From positions 44,826,001 through 44,890,000 of the forward strand of contig NC_086102.1 of assembly GCF_963921235.1 (NCBI RefSeq): DNA of 64,000 nucleotides, written 5' to 3'. This document shows, one piece after another, positions 24,905 through 38,490 of this stretch (its first letter is position 1; every line of letters begins with the position of its first letter). Origin of the DNA: Mobula hypostoma (Eukaryota). The translations under genes were made by a program, and so were the position numbers. Under the pieces are notes generated by a model. The model saw nothing but the letters and a program-made list of their open reading frames with translations. It did no database searches and was not told where the DNA came from.

Positions 24905-25812
24905 ATAGTCAACACTGGTCCACCTGAAAATGTGTGCTTAGCCCACTGCTCTACTCTCTCTACACTCATAACTATGTGGCTAGGCGCAGGACAAGTGTCT
25001 ATAAATTTGCCGATAACACAGCTATTGTTGGCAAAATTTCCGATGGTGTGAGGAGGTAGAGTGGTGTTGCTGGAACAACCCTTGCACTCAACGTTGTTAG
25101 AACTGAAGAATTGACTGTGCACTTCAGAAGGGCAAGACGAGGGCACACATACCAGTGCTCATCGAAGGATCAGAGGTGGAACGGGTGAGCAATTTCAAGT
25201 TCCTGGGTGTCAATATCTGAGGATCTATCCTGGGCCCAGCATATTGATGCAGTTACAAAGGCGGCACAACAACGGCTATACTTCAATAGGAGTTTGAGGA
25301 GATTTGGTAGGTCACTGAAGACACTCAGAAGTGTCTACAGATCTACCATGAAGAGTATTCTAACTGGCTGCATCATCTTCTGGTATGGGGGATGGGGCAC
25401 TGCACAGGATTGAAATAAGCTGCAGAAAGTTGCTAACTCAGTCAGCTGTATTATGGCCACTAACCGCCCCAAAATCCAGGGCATCTTCAAGGAGCAAAAC
25501 CTCCAAAAGTCACTGTCCATCATTAAGGACCCCCATCACCCAACCGTCTTCTTATTGCTACCATCAGGGAGGATGTACAAGAGCCTGAAGGCAGATACCC
25601 AACAATTCAGGAAAAGCTTCCTCCGCTCTGCCATCAGATTTCAGAATGAACACTGAATCCACGAACACTACCTCACTGTTTTCTTTCTCTTTTTGCACTA
25701 TTTAACTTTATTTACTGCAACATATTTTTTGTGATGTATTGTAATGTTCTGCTGCCACGTAACAACTGGTTTCATAACATATGACAGTGATATTAAAACC
25801 GATTCTGATTCT
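24905..25812 (+). mobile_element. Rex1/Babar-like LINE RT 3' fragment
   Basis: cttagcccactgctctactctctctacact (LSPLLYSLYT), aaatttgccgat (KFAD), ISEDLSWAQHIDAVTKAAQQRLYF; (GATTCT)n tail. Confidence 0.82.
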
Positions 25813-25817
25813 GAGGT

Positions 25818-26285
25818 TATAGAACATAGAAATCTACAGCACATTACAGGCCCTTCAGCCCACAATGTTGTGCTGACCATGTAACCTACTCTAGAAACTG
25901 CCTAAAATTTTCCTACCAAATAGCCCTCAATTTTTCTAAGCTCCATATCTCAAGATCCTATTGTATTGGCCTCTAACACCATCACCCACCACTTTCTGTA
26001 ATAAATTTACCCCTAACATCCCCTCTGAACTTACTTCTAAGCACCTTAAAGCCATGCCTCCTCCTGTTAGCCATTTCAGTGTTGGGAAAAAGCCTCTGGC
26101 TATCCACATGAACATTTTATACACCTCTATCAAGTCAGCTCTAAGCCTCTTTCACTCCAAGGAGAAAAGGCCAAATTGACTCAACCTATTCTCTAAAGGC
26201 ATGCTCTCTAATCCAGGCAACATCCTTGTAAATCTCCTCTGCACACTCTCTATAGTATCCACATCCTTCCTGTAGTAAGGTGACT
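25818..26285 (-). mobile_element. CR1 3' fragment
   Basis: First ~70 nt almost identical to 16975-17040 (agaacatagaaatctacagcacattacaggcccttcag). Confidence 0.85.
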
Positions 26286-26444
26286 TTCTAGTTCATGGTG
26301 AACGAAGCCGTTGAGGCAGACCAGGATACAGACATATTGGGACTGGATATTGTGGTGCAATTCCATACTGCTGTGGTAAAAATGAATAATTCTGGGGAGC
26401 TACGTGACATGGCTGCTGGGCTTCAGACAGCAATACACAAGACA

Positions 26445-26590
26445 AACAACAGAAAATCTGCAGAGGCTGGAAATCCAAGCAATGCACACAAAGTGCTGGA
26501 GGAACTCAGCAAGCCAGGCAGCATCCACCGAAAAGAGCACAGTCAATGCCTCAGTCCTGCCGAAGGGTCTCAGCCCAAAAGGACAACTGC
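26445..26590. mobile_element. Penelope pLTR-derived partial palindrome with decayed hammerhead
   Basis: aaaatctgcagaggctggaaatcc...gctggaggaactcagcaagccaggcagcatc followed by cagtcctgccgaagggtctcagcccaaaa. Confidence 0.65.
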
Positions 26591-29500
26591 ACCCCTCCTC
26601 CCCCACAGAGTTCCCCCAGCATCCCGTGGGCAATACATATGATATTGTTGCATACTGCTGAAATGGCGGAAAACTTTGTTGTTCTGGGGCTAGGTGTGAC
26701 TGAGGCACAGCTGTTTCTTGGCCTCAATCACACCTAGCCCCACAACAAAACTTGCAGTTACCTGGGACATATCCTGTCTGGCCCCCGGGACTTATCTATC
26801 CTAATGCTTTTCAGAACCTCTAACACGGCCTCTTTCTTAACCGCAACGCTGGCCTGTTCTGCACCAAGCTCACATTTTTCAAGGTCGCACTTCTGATTTT
26901 ATAATGTAATTTATGCAAGTCTACCATAGCCCTGGAAAAGAGTGCTAACACCACTGAGAATCTAATCACTCTTAACAGCAGAAGTACCCCCAAATGCAAA
27001 CTAAAATTAGAAATCTAAATATTTGTTCAGAGCACTACAACGAAGCCCTCAGTTAAGATTGTACACCCACCTCAAGACTTGTCGTTTTGAGAACATTGTA
27101 TCTTCAGAGCCTAAGGTTGGAATCTCATTTCTTGAACTCCTATATCCAAAGTTCTCTTTAAAAAAAAAACTTTAAATCTTCAAATGATCCAACAGAACCT
27201 CATCTTCAGTTTTGAACTTTCCAGTTGAATGACATTGTCAAATCAAAAAGGAACACAAGGACAAGGTCACAGAGACGAAAAAACAATCTGCTGCACAAGC
27301 AGCACAGGTGAAAGCATAGCTGAGTTTTCTTATCCTCCAACGAAGAACAAAGTAGCCATGAAAGTGTAACTGATGAACTTTGATCAGTACTCAGTGCCAA
27401 TTTTTATTGCACATGATGGTTTCCAGGCTACCAAATTATGCAAGGTGCATAGCACAAAAGAAAAAAAATGAACACTAGTCTTAGAGCACAGCAGAAGGTT
27501 GGGAAGCTAATCCATAAGGTGCCCAACACCCATGGATAAGGAAATGGTTTATATGCTCAAAGTAGTTCCATTTTCTGTGTTAATGTTTATCTAGTTATGT
27601 ACTAACACTTCCCTATCAGTAAGAATATTTCTCTTTTAAGTTTATGTACAAGAGGGATCACTGATGCATCAATATTAACTGGAACTTCATCCAAACTTTA
27701 GTGCAAATACTATTAATTGCTGTTGTCAAATGAATGAAGTTCATAAATTTAATTTATACATTCAAAGGTCACGTTAAGTTTCTGGCAGGGAAGGCATTTG
27801 TCATCCATTCCAATTATGAGTCAAACACACCCCTCCCCTTGCACTCTCTAACTGCCTTAGTGGGTTGGATTCAAGTACACTTTCCAGTGAACAAGTCAAG
27901 TTCCAGTTGTTACAAAAGATGCAAATTACACGGGGTTAATTTTGCATCTTTTTGAATATCTTTGTGCAGTTACCTTTTTGCATGGGGTAGATTTGTTCTC
28001 AAGTCCACCCGAGGAAAGAGCGTGAAATATAGCTACAAAAGAGTGATAAGACCTGCCATCTGGAAAAATTCTTATCAACAAATCCAGTTAACACTAATGT
28101 AGTAATGTCAAGGCAAATAGAAACTCAACAGTCTGTGACAGAAGATGTGAACTTACTCATTCTTTGCAGGAATGGATGTGAAATTTCCATTACACCCACT
28201 GCATGTGGTCTTTCCTAATAAACTAATTTAATTACCTACCTGTTCTGAACTTTAAATTTGAGTTAGAGATATCTGGCTGTGCTGTCTCCAAAACTACGAC
28301 AGCTTGGGATTTACAATGCCTTCCATGAAATATAAATGCTGTTAAGAATTCCATAAATATAAACCAGATTTTCAAAGCCTGCATTGCTCATCAATAAGCT
28401 GACTGAATACAAGCCGTATCCTTCCCATGAAGGACAGAACCTGGTCCTATCAACGTAGTCTCTTCTAAGGCAAGATCTATTAAGAGAGGTGGAAATTAAC
28501 AGGAGTAAAAGACTTGCAACTCAATCGTGCATTTTCAATCATCTTGCTGGGTAAAATGGAGTGATTTAGAATCTAGGATTACCTAGGATTATATTTCACT
28601 TTATGGATTTCTTTGTATCATAGCTGACACTTTTGTGCATGAATGAGTTCACGAATGTAAATGCATATATCATTAGAACATAGTGCTGGCAAGATCGACA
28701 GACAGAACTTCAGAAGGAGCTCACAGTTGTAAAGGCTGTTATTATGTCCTTTCATAGACATTGCTGCTAGAACTAATGAGTCTTTATTTTCTATTTTCCT
28801 TTCAGATTTCCAGATTTGCCATTGCCAAAGATTACTGCAAGTCAATTTTATATCTGTTTCAAGGAGAAATAGAATGAAAGCTCGTACAATAGTACTGTGG
28901 ATATGTAGAGACTTCCTATCTAACAAGTCCAATGGCACAATAATATTTAGTCAGTCCAGCCTTATGAATTTTAACACTCCTTCACACTGGTTTCTGAAGC
29001 TGAACCTGACAGCTGCAAAACATGAAAAGTTGCAGAGCATTAACACTGCAAGGATATTCCTGATCACCATAGCAACTTATTTATATAAACAAATAACTTC
29101 AGGTCGTTGGGATCCTTCATCTACATATACCCGAAAGAACAAACTGCTGCTTAGGAAAAAAAATTAATTAAACCAGGCAGGAAAACTGGTAAGATCTGTC
29201 AACACCAATTTGGAGACATTTGTTTTAAGAAACTTGCAGAACAGAAAGAGGCCCCATAGCCCACAAGATTGGCAATGACCATCAACGACATATTTATTCT
29301 AATCATACTATACCCATTTTCCCCACATCCCCGCAGATTCCACCCCTTTCAAGCACACTAGAGCCATCTGCTGAACAGTCTATTTCTACAGTGTAACATT
29401 CAGCATTATCATGTAACTGCAAATGCTTCACAAAGTTGATTTTAGTGAAGCACTTGGCCAGCGATTTCACCATGCTGGACACGAAGTCAAACATCACAAA

Positions 29501-31167
29501 CTAAAAATAAACATAACAACAACTTATTTACGGAGCACTTTTCATACAATATAGTTCAAAGTGCTTCACAATAAGGTAAAGTGCAAACATGACAATAAGA
29601 GACAGACTTATCCCTGCAATAACTTTAAGAATTTCTCCCCGAAATACACAGTCATTCACAAGTCAGGTGCCAACAGAATTTACTGTCTTGCCAAACATTG
29701 TGGGCATGCGATGTTGGCACAAGAACATGTGTCGACACATGTGCAGTGCCCCATCACATGGTTGGCTGTGTTGGTTGTTAATGTAAGTGTACATTTCACA
29801 GTATGTTTCAACGTACGGGTGATAAGTGAATCCAAGTCTGAATATTCATTGCAAATTATCGATCATCAATTCCCCTTCACTAATGTTTCTGTGTGTTATG
29901 GCAAGACAGTGATGTCTATAAAACTTATTAGAAATGGTTTTGCTGTGGATACTTGGGCAGCTCTCAGACTTGAAATTTGAAGATGAATCGCAGAAAATTA
30001 CTATATGTTCCTGTATTCTCTGAAAGGTCAATGGTATTGGGGGTGAACTGCAGACATTTTAATTCCACCAAATACTATTCAGTTCAGTGATCTAATATCA
30101 AAAGAATTTTGAATACATATTAAATTCTACTTGTTACTGAAATGTACACTGGCCTAAAAGCTAAAGAAAGGAACAAAAACACTTGCCCTCCTACACCATG
30201 AGGTCCGAAGTTTCTTTCCAGTTAACTTTGCTGCACACCCTGTTGATACTTGGTCTTGATTTAGAAAACATGATCTTGCAAATGGTTGCAGGAATTCAAA
30301 ATTATAAAATAGCTCAAGGATTTATTTCGATGTATTCAGAATTAATGCAAATGAAAAGATTAACGCTCTTAACAGTGCTCTTGAAGGATCTAGAATTAAC
30401 CGTAGGCAGTATAACGCACACAGAGGATCTTCTAGACAGTTAACTCCAAGCAGAGCCGGACAGTGAATAGGACACGGTCTGGCAGGAAGCAGTCTTGGAC
30501 AGGTCATTGCAGCACAACCTTCATCTTTGCCCCATATGGGCAATGTTGAGAAAACCGCGTCAAAGAGCGAAGAAGTCACACGACTAGAATTTTCTGGCAG
30601 TACCACATACCCCTTTTGCTTTCAACTGTTGTGCCAGCAACAACTACCTCAATAAAGCTGGCTTCTACCTGTCCATGAAGGTCAAGTGCAGTGCTTGCCC
30701 TTCCACTCAAATAGTATCACGTGAATGGGCAAGAACCGATCCCACTCAAATGCTGAAAAAACCAACAGCCATCCGAACTGTGACTCTCCATTAAGTTGGC
30801 TCTCAGTAAAAAGCCATGGAAAATTGAACTAAATGAAATAAAAATGTAAAAACCTGAAAACTAGTGAACTCAGTTAACAAAGATATGTTTAAAGTATTTT
30901 CTTTATTCCTGTTCTATTGCAGTAAATGGTATCATTGTTCTTGTGCCAGTCCTGAACTGGCTCAGATTCAGAAAGCAAATTCCCCAACCCAGATGGTGGA
31001 GAATTGCAGGAAGTTACTGCTCCACAATTGGACTCTATATCATGGGGAGTAGCCATTGACAAAACCAATACCACCTGCAAAGACCAGGATTCCTGCGTTC
31101 GTGTACACTCGTGCAAGAGTCTCAGATCTCCATTGGAGAATATTTCTCATCAAAGTCCACACCAAAA

Positions 31168-34100
31168 TAGAACATAGAACATAAAATAGTACAGGCCTTT
31201 CGGCCCACAATGTTCTGCCGACCCTTAAACCCTGCCTCCAATATAACCCCCCACCTTAAATTCCTCCATATACCTGTCGAGTAGTCTCTTAAATTTCACT
31301 AGTGTATCTGCCTCCACCACTGACTCAGGCAGTGCATTCCACGCACCAACCACTCTGAGTAAAAAACCTTCATCTAATATTCCCCTTGAACTTCCCACTC
31401 CTTACCTTAAAGCCATGTCCTCTTGTATTGAGCAGTGGTGCCCTGAGGAAGAGGTGCTGGCTGTCCACTCTATCTATTCCTCTTAATATCTTGTACACCT
31501 CTATCTTGTCTCCTCTCATCCTCCTTCTCTCCAAGGAGTAAAGCCCTAGCTCCCTTAATCTCTGATCATAATGCATACTCTCTAAACCAGGCAGCATCCT
31601 GGTAAATCTCCTCTGTACCCTTTCCAAAGCTTCTACATCCTTCCTATAGTGAGGCGACTAGAAATGAACACAGTACTCCAATTGTGGGCTAACCAGAGTT
31701 TTACAGAGCTGCATCATTACCTCGCAACTCTTAAACTCTGTTCCTCAACTTATGAAAGCTAACACCCCATAAGCTTTCTTAACTACCCTATCTACCTGTG
31801 AGGCAACTTTCAGGGATCTGTGGACATGTACCCCCAGATCCCTCTACTCCTCCACACTACCAAGTATCCTGCCATTTACTTTGTACTCTGCCTTAGAGTT
31901 TGTCCTTCCAAAGTGTACCACCTCACACTTCTCCGGGTTGAACTCCATCTGCCACTTCTCAGCCCACTTCTGCATCCTATCAATGTCTCTCTGCAATCTT
32001 TGACAATCCTCTACACTATCTACAACACCACCAACCTTTGTGTCATCTGCAAACTTGCCAACCCACCCTTCTACCCCCACATCCAGGTCATTAATAAAAA
32101 TCACAAAAAGTAGAGGTCCCAGAACTGATCCTTGTGGGACACCACTAGTCACAATCCTCCAATCTGAATGTACTCCCTCCACCACGACCCTCTGCCTTCT
32201 GCAGGCAAGCCAATTCTGAATCCGCCTGGCCAAACTTCCCTGGATCCCATGCCTTCTGACTTTCTGAATAAGCCTACTGTGTGGAACCTTGTCAAATGCC
32301 TTACTAAAATCCATGTAGATCACATCCACTGCACTACCCTCATCTATATGCCTGGTCACCTCCTCAAAGAACTCTATCAGACTCGTTAGACACGATCTGC
32401 CCTTCACAAAGCCTTGCTGACTGTCCCTGATCAGACCATGATTCTCTAAATACCCATAGATCCTATCTCTAAGAATCTTTTCCAACAGCTTTCCCACCTC
32501 AGACGTAAGGCTCACTGGTCTATAATTACCCAGACTAACCCTACTACCTTTTTTAAACAAGGGAACAACATTCGCCTCCCTCCAATCCTCCGGTACCATT
32601 CTCATGGACAACGAAGACATAAAGATCCTAGCCAGAGGCTCAGCATTCCCTCGCCTCGTGGAGCAGCCTGGGGAATATTCCGTCAGGCTCCGGGTACTTA
32701 TCTGTCCGAATGTATTTTAACAACTCTAACACCTCCTCTTCCGTAATATCAACATGCTCCAGAACATCAACCTCACTCATATTGTCCTCACCATCATCAA
32801 GTTCCCTCTCATTGATGAATACCGAAGAGAAGTATTCATTGAGGACTTTGCTCACTTCCACAGCCTCCGGGCACATCTTCCCACCTTTATCTCTAATCGG
32901 TCCTACCCTTACTCCTGTCATCCTATTGTTTTTCACATAATTGAAGAATGCCTTGGGGTTTTCCTTTACCCTACTCACCAAGGCCTTCTCATGCCCCCTT
33001 TTTGCTCTTCTCAGCCCCTTCTTAAGCTCCTTTCTTGCTTCCCTATATTCCTCAATAGACCCATCTGATCCTTGCTTCCTAAACCTCATGTATGCCTTCT
33101 TCTACCGGACTAGATTTTCCACCTCATTTGTCACCCATGGTTCCTTCACCCTACCATTCTTTATCTTCCTCACCGGGACAAATTTATCCCTTACATCCCG
33201 CAAGAGATCTCTAAACATTGACCACATGTCCATAGTACATTTCCCTACAAAAACATCATCCCAATTCACACCCGCAAGATCTAGCCTTATAGTCTCATAA
33301 TTTGCCCTTCCCCAATTCAAAATTTTCCTGTCTTCTCTGATTCTATCCTTTTCCATGATAATGCTAAAGACCAGGGAGCGGTGGTCACTGTCCCCCAGAT
33401 GCTCACCCACTGAGAGATCTGTGACCTGACCCAGTTTGTTACCAAATACTAGATCTAGTATGGCACTCCCCCTAGTCGGCCTGTCAACATACTGTGACAG
33501 GAACCCGTCCTGGACACACTTAACAAACTCTGCCCCATCTAAACCATTGGAACTAATCAGATGCCAATCAATATTAGGGAAGTTAAAGTCACCCATGATA
33601 ACAACCCTGTTATTTTTGCACCTTTCCAAAATCTGCCTCCCAATCTGCTCCTCAGTATCTCTGCTGCTACCAGGGGGCCTATAGAATACTCCCAATAGAG
33701 TAACTGCTCCATTCCTGTTACTGACCTCCACCCATATTGACTCAAATGAGGATCCTGCTACATTACCCACCCTTTCCATAGCTGTAATAGTATCCATGAT
33801 CAGTAATGCCACTCCTCCTCCCCTTTTTCCCCCCTGTCTATCCCTTTTAAAGCACTGAAATCCAGGAATATTGAGAATCCATTCCTGCCCTGATGCCAGC
33901 CAAGTCTCTGTAATGGTCACTACATCATAATTCCATGTATGTGTCCAAGCTCTCAATTCATCACCTTTGTTCCTGATGCTTCTTGCATTGAAGTACACGG
34001 ACTTTAGCCCTTCTACCTTACTACCTTTACACCCTTTATTCTGCTTCTCTTTCCTCAAAGCCTCTTTATATATTAGACCTGGCTTTACTCCATGCACTTC

Positions 34101-34860
34101 TTCCACTCTCTATCGCTCTGGGTCCCATCCTCCTTGAAAATTAGTTTAAACCCTCCTGAACCATGCTAGCAAACCTACCTGCAAGGATATTGCTCCCCCT
34201 CGAGTTCAGGTGCAACCCATCCAATCTGTACAGGTCCCATCTTCCCCAGAAGAGATCCCAATGATCCAAAAATCTAAAACCCTGCCCCCTGCACCAACTC
34301 CTCAGCCACGCATTCAAATGCCATCTCTTCCAATTCTTACCATCACTGTCACGTAGCACTGGCAGCAATCCTGAGAACGCCACCCTTGAGGTTCTGTTCT
34401 TCAGCCTTCTGCCTTGTTCCCGAAACTCACACTTCAGAACCTCATCCCTCTTCCTGCTTATGTCGTTGGTACCAACATGTATCACGACTTCTGGTTGCTT
34501 TCCCTCTCGTACCAGGATGTCGTACACCCGGTCAGAGACATCCCGGACCCCGGCACCCGGGACGCAATAAACCATGCAGGTGTCCTTCTCACATCCACAA
34601 AATCTCCTGTGTGCTCCCGACTATAGAGTTCCCAGAGACGACGGCTCTCCTCTTCTCCGTCCCACCCTTCTGCACCACAGGGTCAGACTCAGTCCCTGCC
34701 ACTGTGGCTCACACCTGGTTGGTCGTCCCCGCCAACAGTATCCAGGATGGTATACTTACTATTCAGGGAAATGGCCACAGGGGTGCTCTGCACAACCTGT
34801 CTACTTGCCTTCGCTTTTCCCCCCTCTGACTGTCACCCAAAGACCTGCTTCCGGCAGCCA
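31168..34860 (-). mobile_element. Long 5'-truncated CR1 LINE (ORF1 SGNH esterase + ORF2 APE-RT), frameshifted
   Basis: ORF1 VIHVGTNDI...DGLHLN (34141-34575); APE YFNARS, ITETWL, GVFYRPP, MGDFNFP, SDH (33102-34106); RT YRPVSLTS, GVPQGSVLGP, KFADD (31844-32620); (TTCTATG)n tail. Confidence 0.97.
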
Positions 34861-35139
34861 AATATAGAGCATGGTCTGGGGAAGCAGAGTTTAAAGAAGT
34901 TGTATGCAGAGTTATGTAGCAATTTTAACCAACCCAAGCACTATTTACTGCAATAGTGAAACATCATGATCAGTTTGGTTTAAGATTTAGGTAGAGCCAG
35001 CTTGAATCACTACACTGGAACAAGCAGAGCAACAAGTCCACTGGGGGGGAAGGAGGAGATTTTCTAGTTCAGCATCGAGAGAATTGTTATTTTTGTGGCT
35101 GCTAGATTGTGCTGCTTTGTGATATTCAACATTATCCAT

Positions 35140-35470
35140 CATTACTCACTGGCTGAGCTCAGGTTTAATATCACTGGCATGTATTGTGAAATTCATTAAC
35201 TTTACAACAGCAGTATAATGAAATACATGATAAATAAATATAGAGAAAATGTACTGAATTACTGCAAGTATACCCACGTCTGTTAAATAATTACATTAAA
35301 AATAGGTAGGGCAAAAAAAACAGAAATAAAAACAATAGTGATGTAATGCTCATGGGTTCAATGTCCATTTAGGAATCAGATGGGAGAGGGGAAGAAGCTG
35401 TTCCTGAATCGCTGAGTGTGTGCCTTCAGGCTTCTGTACCTCCTACTTGATGGTAGCAATGAGAAGAAGG
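35140..35470 (-). mobile_element. Rex1/L2-like 3' end
   Basis: aggtttaatatcactggcatgtattgtgaaatt...gaagaagctgttcctgaatc...cttctgtacctcct, reverse complement of a LINE terminus similar to the tail at ~25800. Confidence 0.55.
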
Positions 35471-36134
35471 CATGTTCTGGGTGGTGGCGGCAAAGTTGTT
35501 CATGTTTCCGTGGCTCGAAATGGATAAATTAATAAAATTAATATTTTACCCATAGCATGAGCATGTTGGCCACATTGCAGAGGAAGATCCAAAATGGTTC
35601 AAAGGGAAAAATAGCTTTACTTTCTTTTAGGAACAACAACGTAAATGCAACAACCTCTGAAAGTAACAGAGCTTTGAAGTGTATCGAAGCATTAGAATTA
35701 TTAAATCAAGGCTGTTTATATTTTTGCGTGGAGTTGAGATGCGAGTAAGAGGGTAGGAACCTGTTGCTGGCTGGCATGACGAGAAGATTTTTGTTGCTTT
35801 TACCGTGGTGCCTCTGTTGATGCTTAGGTTTTGATTGGTACTTATTTTAGAAGGAAAAAAAACTCTTCAATTAATGGCCTTCATTTGAAAGTGATAATTT
35901 AAATGACAGTCATTACATATTCATTAACTATTTGCCAAGAATTTCGACCTAGAACACTTGAAAATTCGCCAAAGATCCATTTTCCTGTGACAGTTTGAAA
36001 TGAGATATTGGCTCAGGACAATTTGTCACTCTGGAGGAGACCCCATCAGTGAAATTTGGCTTCGACAGTGGAGTAGATTTCCTGATACAGAGACTAACTG
36101 GTCACAAGATATATACATGGCTTTCTTAAACACA

Positions 36135-36330
36135 AGAGATTCTGTAGATGCTGGAAATCTAGAGAAACACACACACAAAATACAAGAGGAACGCAGCAGG
36201 TTAGGCAACATCTATGAAGTGAAAGAAGCAGTCAACATTCCCAACCAAGACCTGATAAAGGGTCTCAGCCTGAAACATCAACTGTTCATTTAAATGCTGC
36301 CTTATCTGGTGAGTTTGTCCAACATGTGTA
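36135..36330. mobile_element. Degenerate palindromic Penelope pLTR-derived element
   Basis: tgtagatgctggaaatctagagaaacacacacaca...aagacctgataaagggtctcagcctgaaacatcaactg...aaatgctgccttatctggtgagtttgtccaacat. Confidence 0.7.
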
Positions 36331-37164
36331 CACTGTCACACTGAAAAACCATGACTGCAAGGTGGCCATTTGATCTTACTTTCAATATGATTAATGTTTA
36401 TAACAACCCAAGATAAAGAATAGCTTTATTTGTTTCACATACGTCAAAACTTACAGTGCAATGCATCATTTGCATCGACACAACTGTGCTCCCTCCTTGC
36501 TACCGTATTGGCTGCAAAAAACCATTAGACATATTGCAGCTACATGACATTTCAATCAAAAACAAAAGTGAAAACAGGATCTTCTCAATCCTGTCATGGT
36601 CTCATTTAAGCCATGAGCCAGACAAAACTTCTGGATCATCACAACTACGAAGGTGTTCGCAGATCCACCCCGCTCCAATCACGTTGGAGTGAAAGTCAAA
36701 AGCTCGGTTGCAAAAATTACTTTTCAAAAGGATCTTTCTCTGTTTAGAAAGACCGCTAAACGGCTTTTCTAAACAGGAAAACAACATCCTCACTTATTTG
36801 GAGCCCAGTGACACTATAGCAGAAATCGTGTTACATCACCCTGCCAGTCAGAAAACCACCCACACTGACTAGGATTAGAAATGAACAGAATCAAACTGTA
36901 CATACAGTAAACATTCAAAGATCCACCAGTGGAAAATCCAGAAGGCTTGACACCTGAACTGCAGATGGAGATTGCTACGCTCCCCACCCTCCAGGGATCT
37001 GAATCCCATGCTCCAGATCCTGGCAGCTGCACTCCTCAAATATAGATAGCTTTTGGAAGATTTATTATATTGTGTAGCTTCTTAAAGAAGCAAACGGAAG
37101 GGTGGGTAATAAAAAATAACATCTAATAGTCTGGAAAATCTGCCAGCCTGGCACTAATGGACCA

Positions 37165-37397
37165 GATTTATTGATTGATACAGCGCTGAATAGGCCCTTC
37201 AAACCGTGTAGCCAAGCAATCCCCCAATTTCATCCAAACCTAATCCCAGGACAATTTTCAATGACCTATCAACCGGTACATCTTTGGATGGTGGGAGGAA
37301 ACTGGAGCACCCGGAGGAAACACCCACATTCACGGAGAGAACATACAAACTCCTTACATGCAGTGGCAGCAATTGAACTCGGGTCACCTATACTGTA
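37165..37397 (-). mobile_element. V-SINE (HE1-like)
   Basis: gggaggaaactggagcacccggaggaaacacccac on + is the reverse complement of the V domain; B-box remnant at ~37375. Confidence 0.8.
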
Positions 37398-38056
37398 GTT
37401 GAAGCTTTCCTGTTAGCTGTTTTCTTTTAAAAATAACTTCCCAATTTATCCGGATGAACAAGGTTAAAATTTCACCTGTCTTGGAACATGCACTTCATCA
37501 GCACTTAAGTAGTTTTGATACCTACAATGTTATTTGTGATCACATTTCAGTGGCACCATGAAGGTTATTTCTATTGCTATTTAACTAGAAAAGATTCTCA
37601 TTCAAAAGGACATATATAACATTTTCTGTGGTAATTAGTAGCAATGTGGAAAGACCATTTTTATTTGGGGAAAAACTGTATTCATTTAAACCTGCTCAAG
37701 CAGCACAAAGTTTAGATGAACACGGGAAATACATTGCAAATTCCATTGGTAAAATAAAGTAAATGAACGCATTTAACATTCTTGTGGGAATTAAGTGTCG
37801 GTTTCCTATTAACAGTTATGGAAAGAACACACAATGTAGAAATCAGACAAGCATTTAACAAAACAGTGTAACTTCATTAGTGGAATATTAACTTCCAGAT
37901 AGATTGGAAAAAGTAGATTCATGGCTGATCTGTGAGTCAGTCTATATCACAGCCTTTTCTCTATATCCTTTAGGTATGAAAACTCGTACAAATTACATTC
38001 AGAATTGCTGTCACAGTTATACAGACAATATTTATTTATTTCTATTTAGCGATACA

Positions 38057-38248
38057 TGGCGTGCTGGTGGTATAGTGGCATCAGCACTGGACTCCGAGGC
38101 GAATGGTCCCAAGTTCGAATCCGGCTGGCTCTTTTCACGCTTTCCATCTGTGAGCTAGCAACTCAGCCTTGCTTAAACAGAAGGTCAAATGCTACAGAAA
38201 TGTCAAAAATGTCACCCAATACATCACAAGGCGCGAAAAGGAACAACA
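38057..38248 (+). mobile_element. tRNA-derived SINE with (AAC)n tail, copy 2, flanked by a perfect 13-bp TSD
   Basis: A box tggtatagtgg, B box agttcgaatcc; ATTTAGCGATACA at 38044-38056 and 38249-38261. Confidence 0.85.
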
Positions 38249-38490
38249 ATTTAGCGATACAGTGCGAAGTAGGCCCTTCAGCTCTTTGAGCCACACTGCC
38301 CATCAACCCCCAACGAACCCGATTAACCCTAACCTAGTCACAGGACAATTTACAAGGACCAATTAACGTGCTCAGTACATCTTTGGACTGTGAGAGGAAA
38401 CTAGGGAAAACCCACAGACAGCTCCTTACAGGTGCTGTCGGAACTGAAATTTGAACTCTGGAAAGTCCCAAGCTGTAATAGGGTTGGACT
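38249..38490 (-). mobile_element. V-SINE interrupted at its tail by the SINE above
   Basis: gatacagtgcgaagtaggcccttc...ccgattaaccctaacctagtcacaggacaatttacaaggacc, homologous to 37165-37397. Confidence 0.7.

Noticed and set aside
30183-30606. Overlapping short ORFs in unique-looking intron sequence as a nested gene
   Set aside because: No recognisable protein motif or convincing exon boundaries; short ORFs of this size are background.
33102-34106. Active or domesticated CR1 endonuclease (334-aa ORF)
   Set aside because: It is part of a 5'-truncated LINE whose ORF2 is broken by several indels; no sign of selective preservation.
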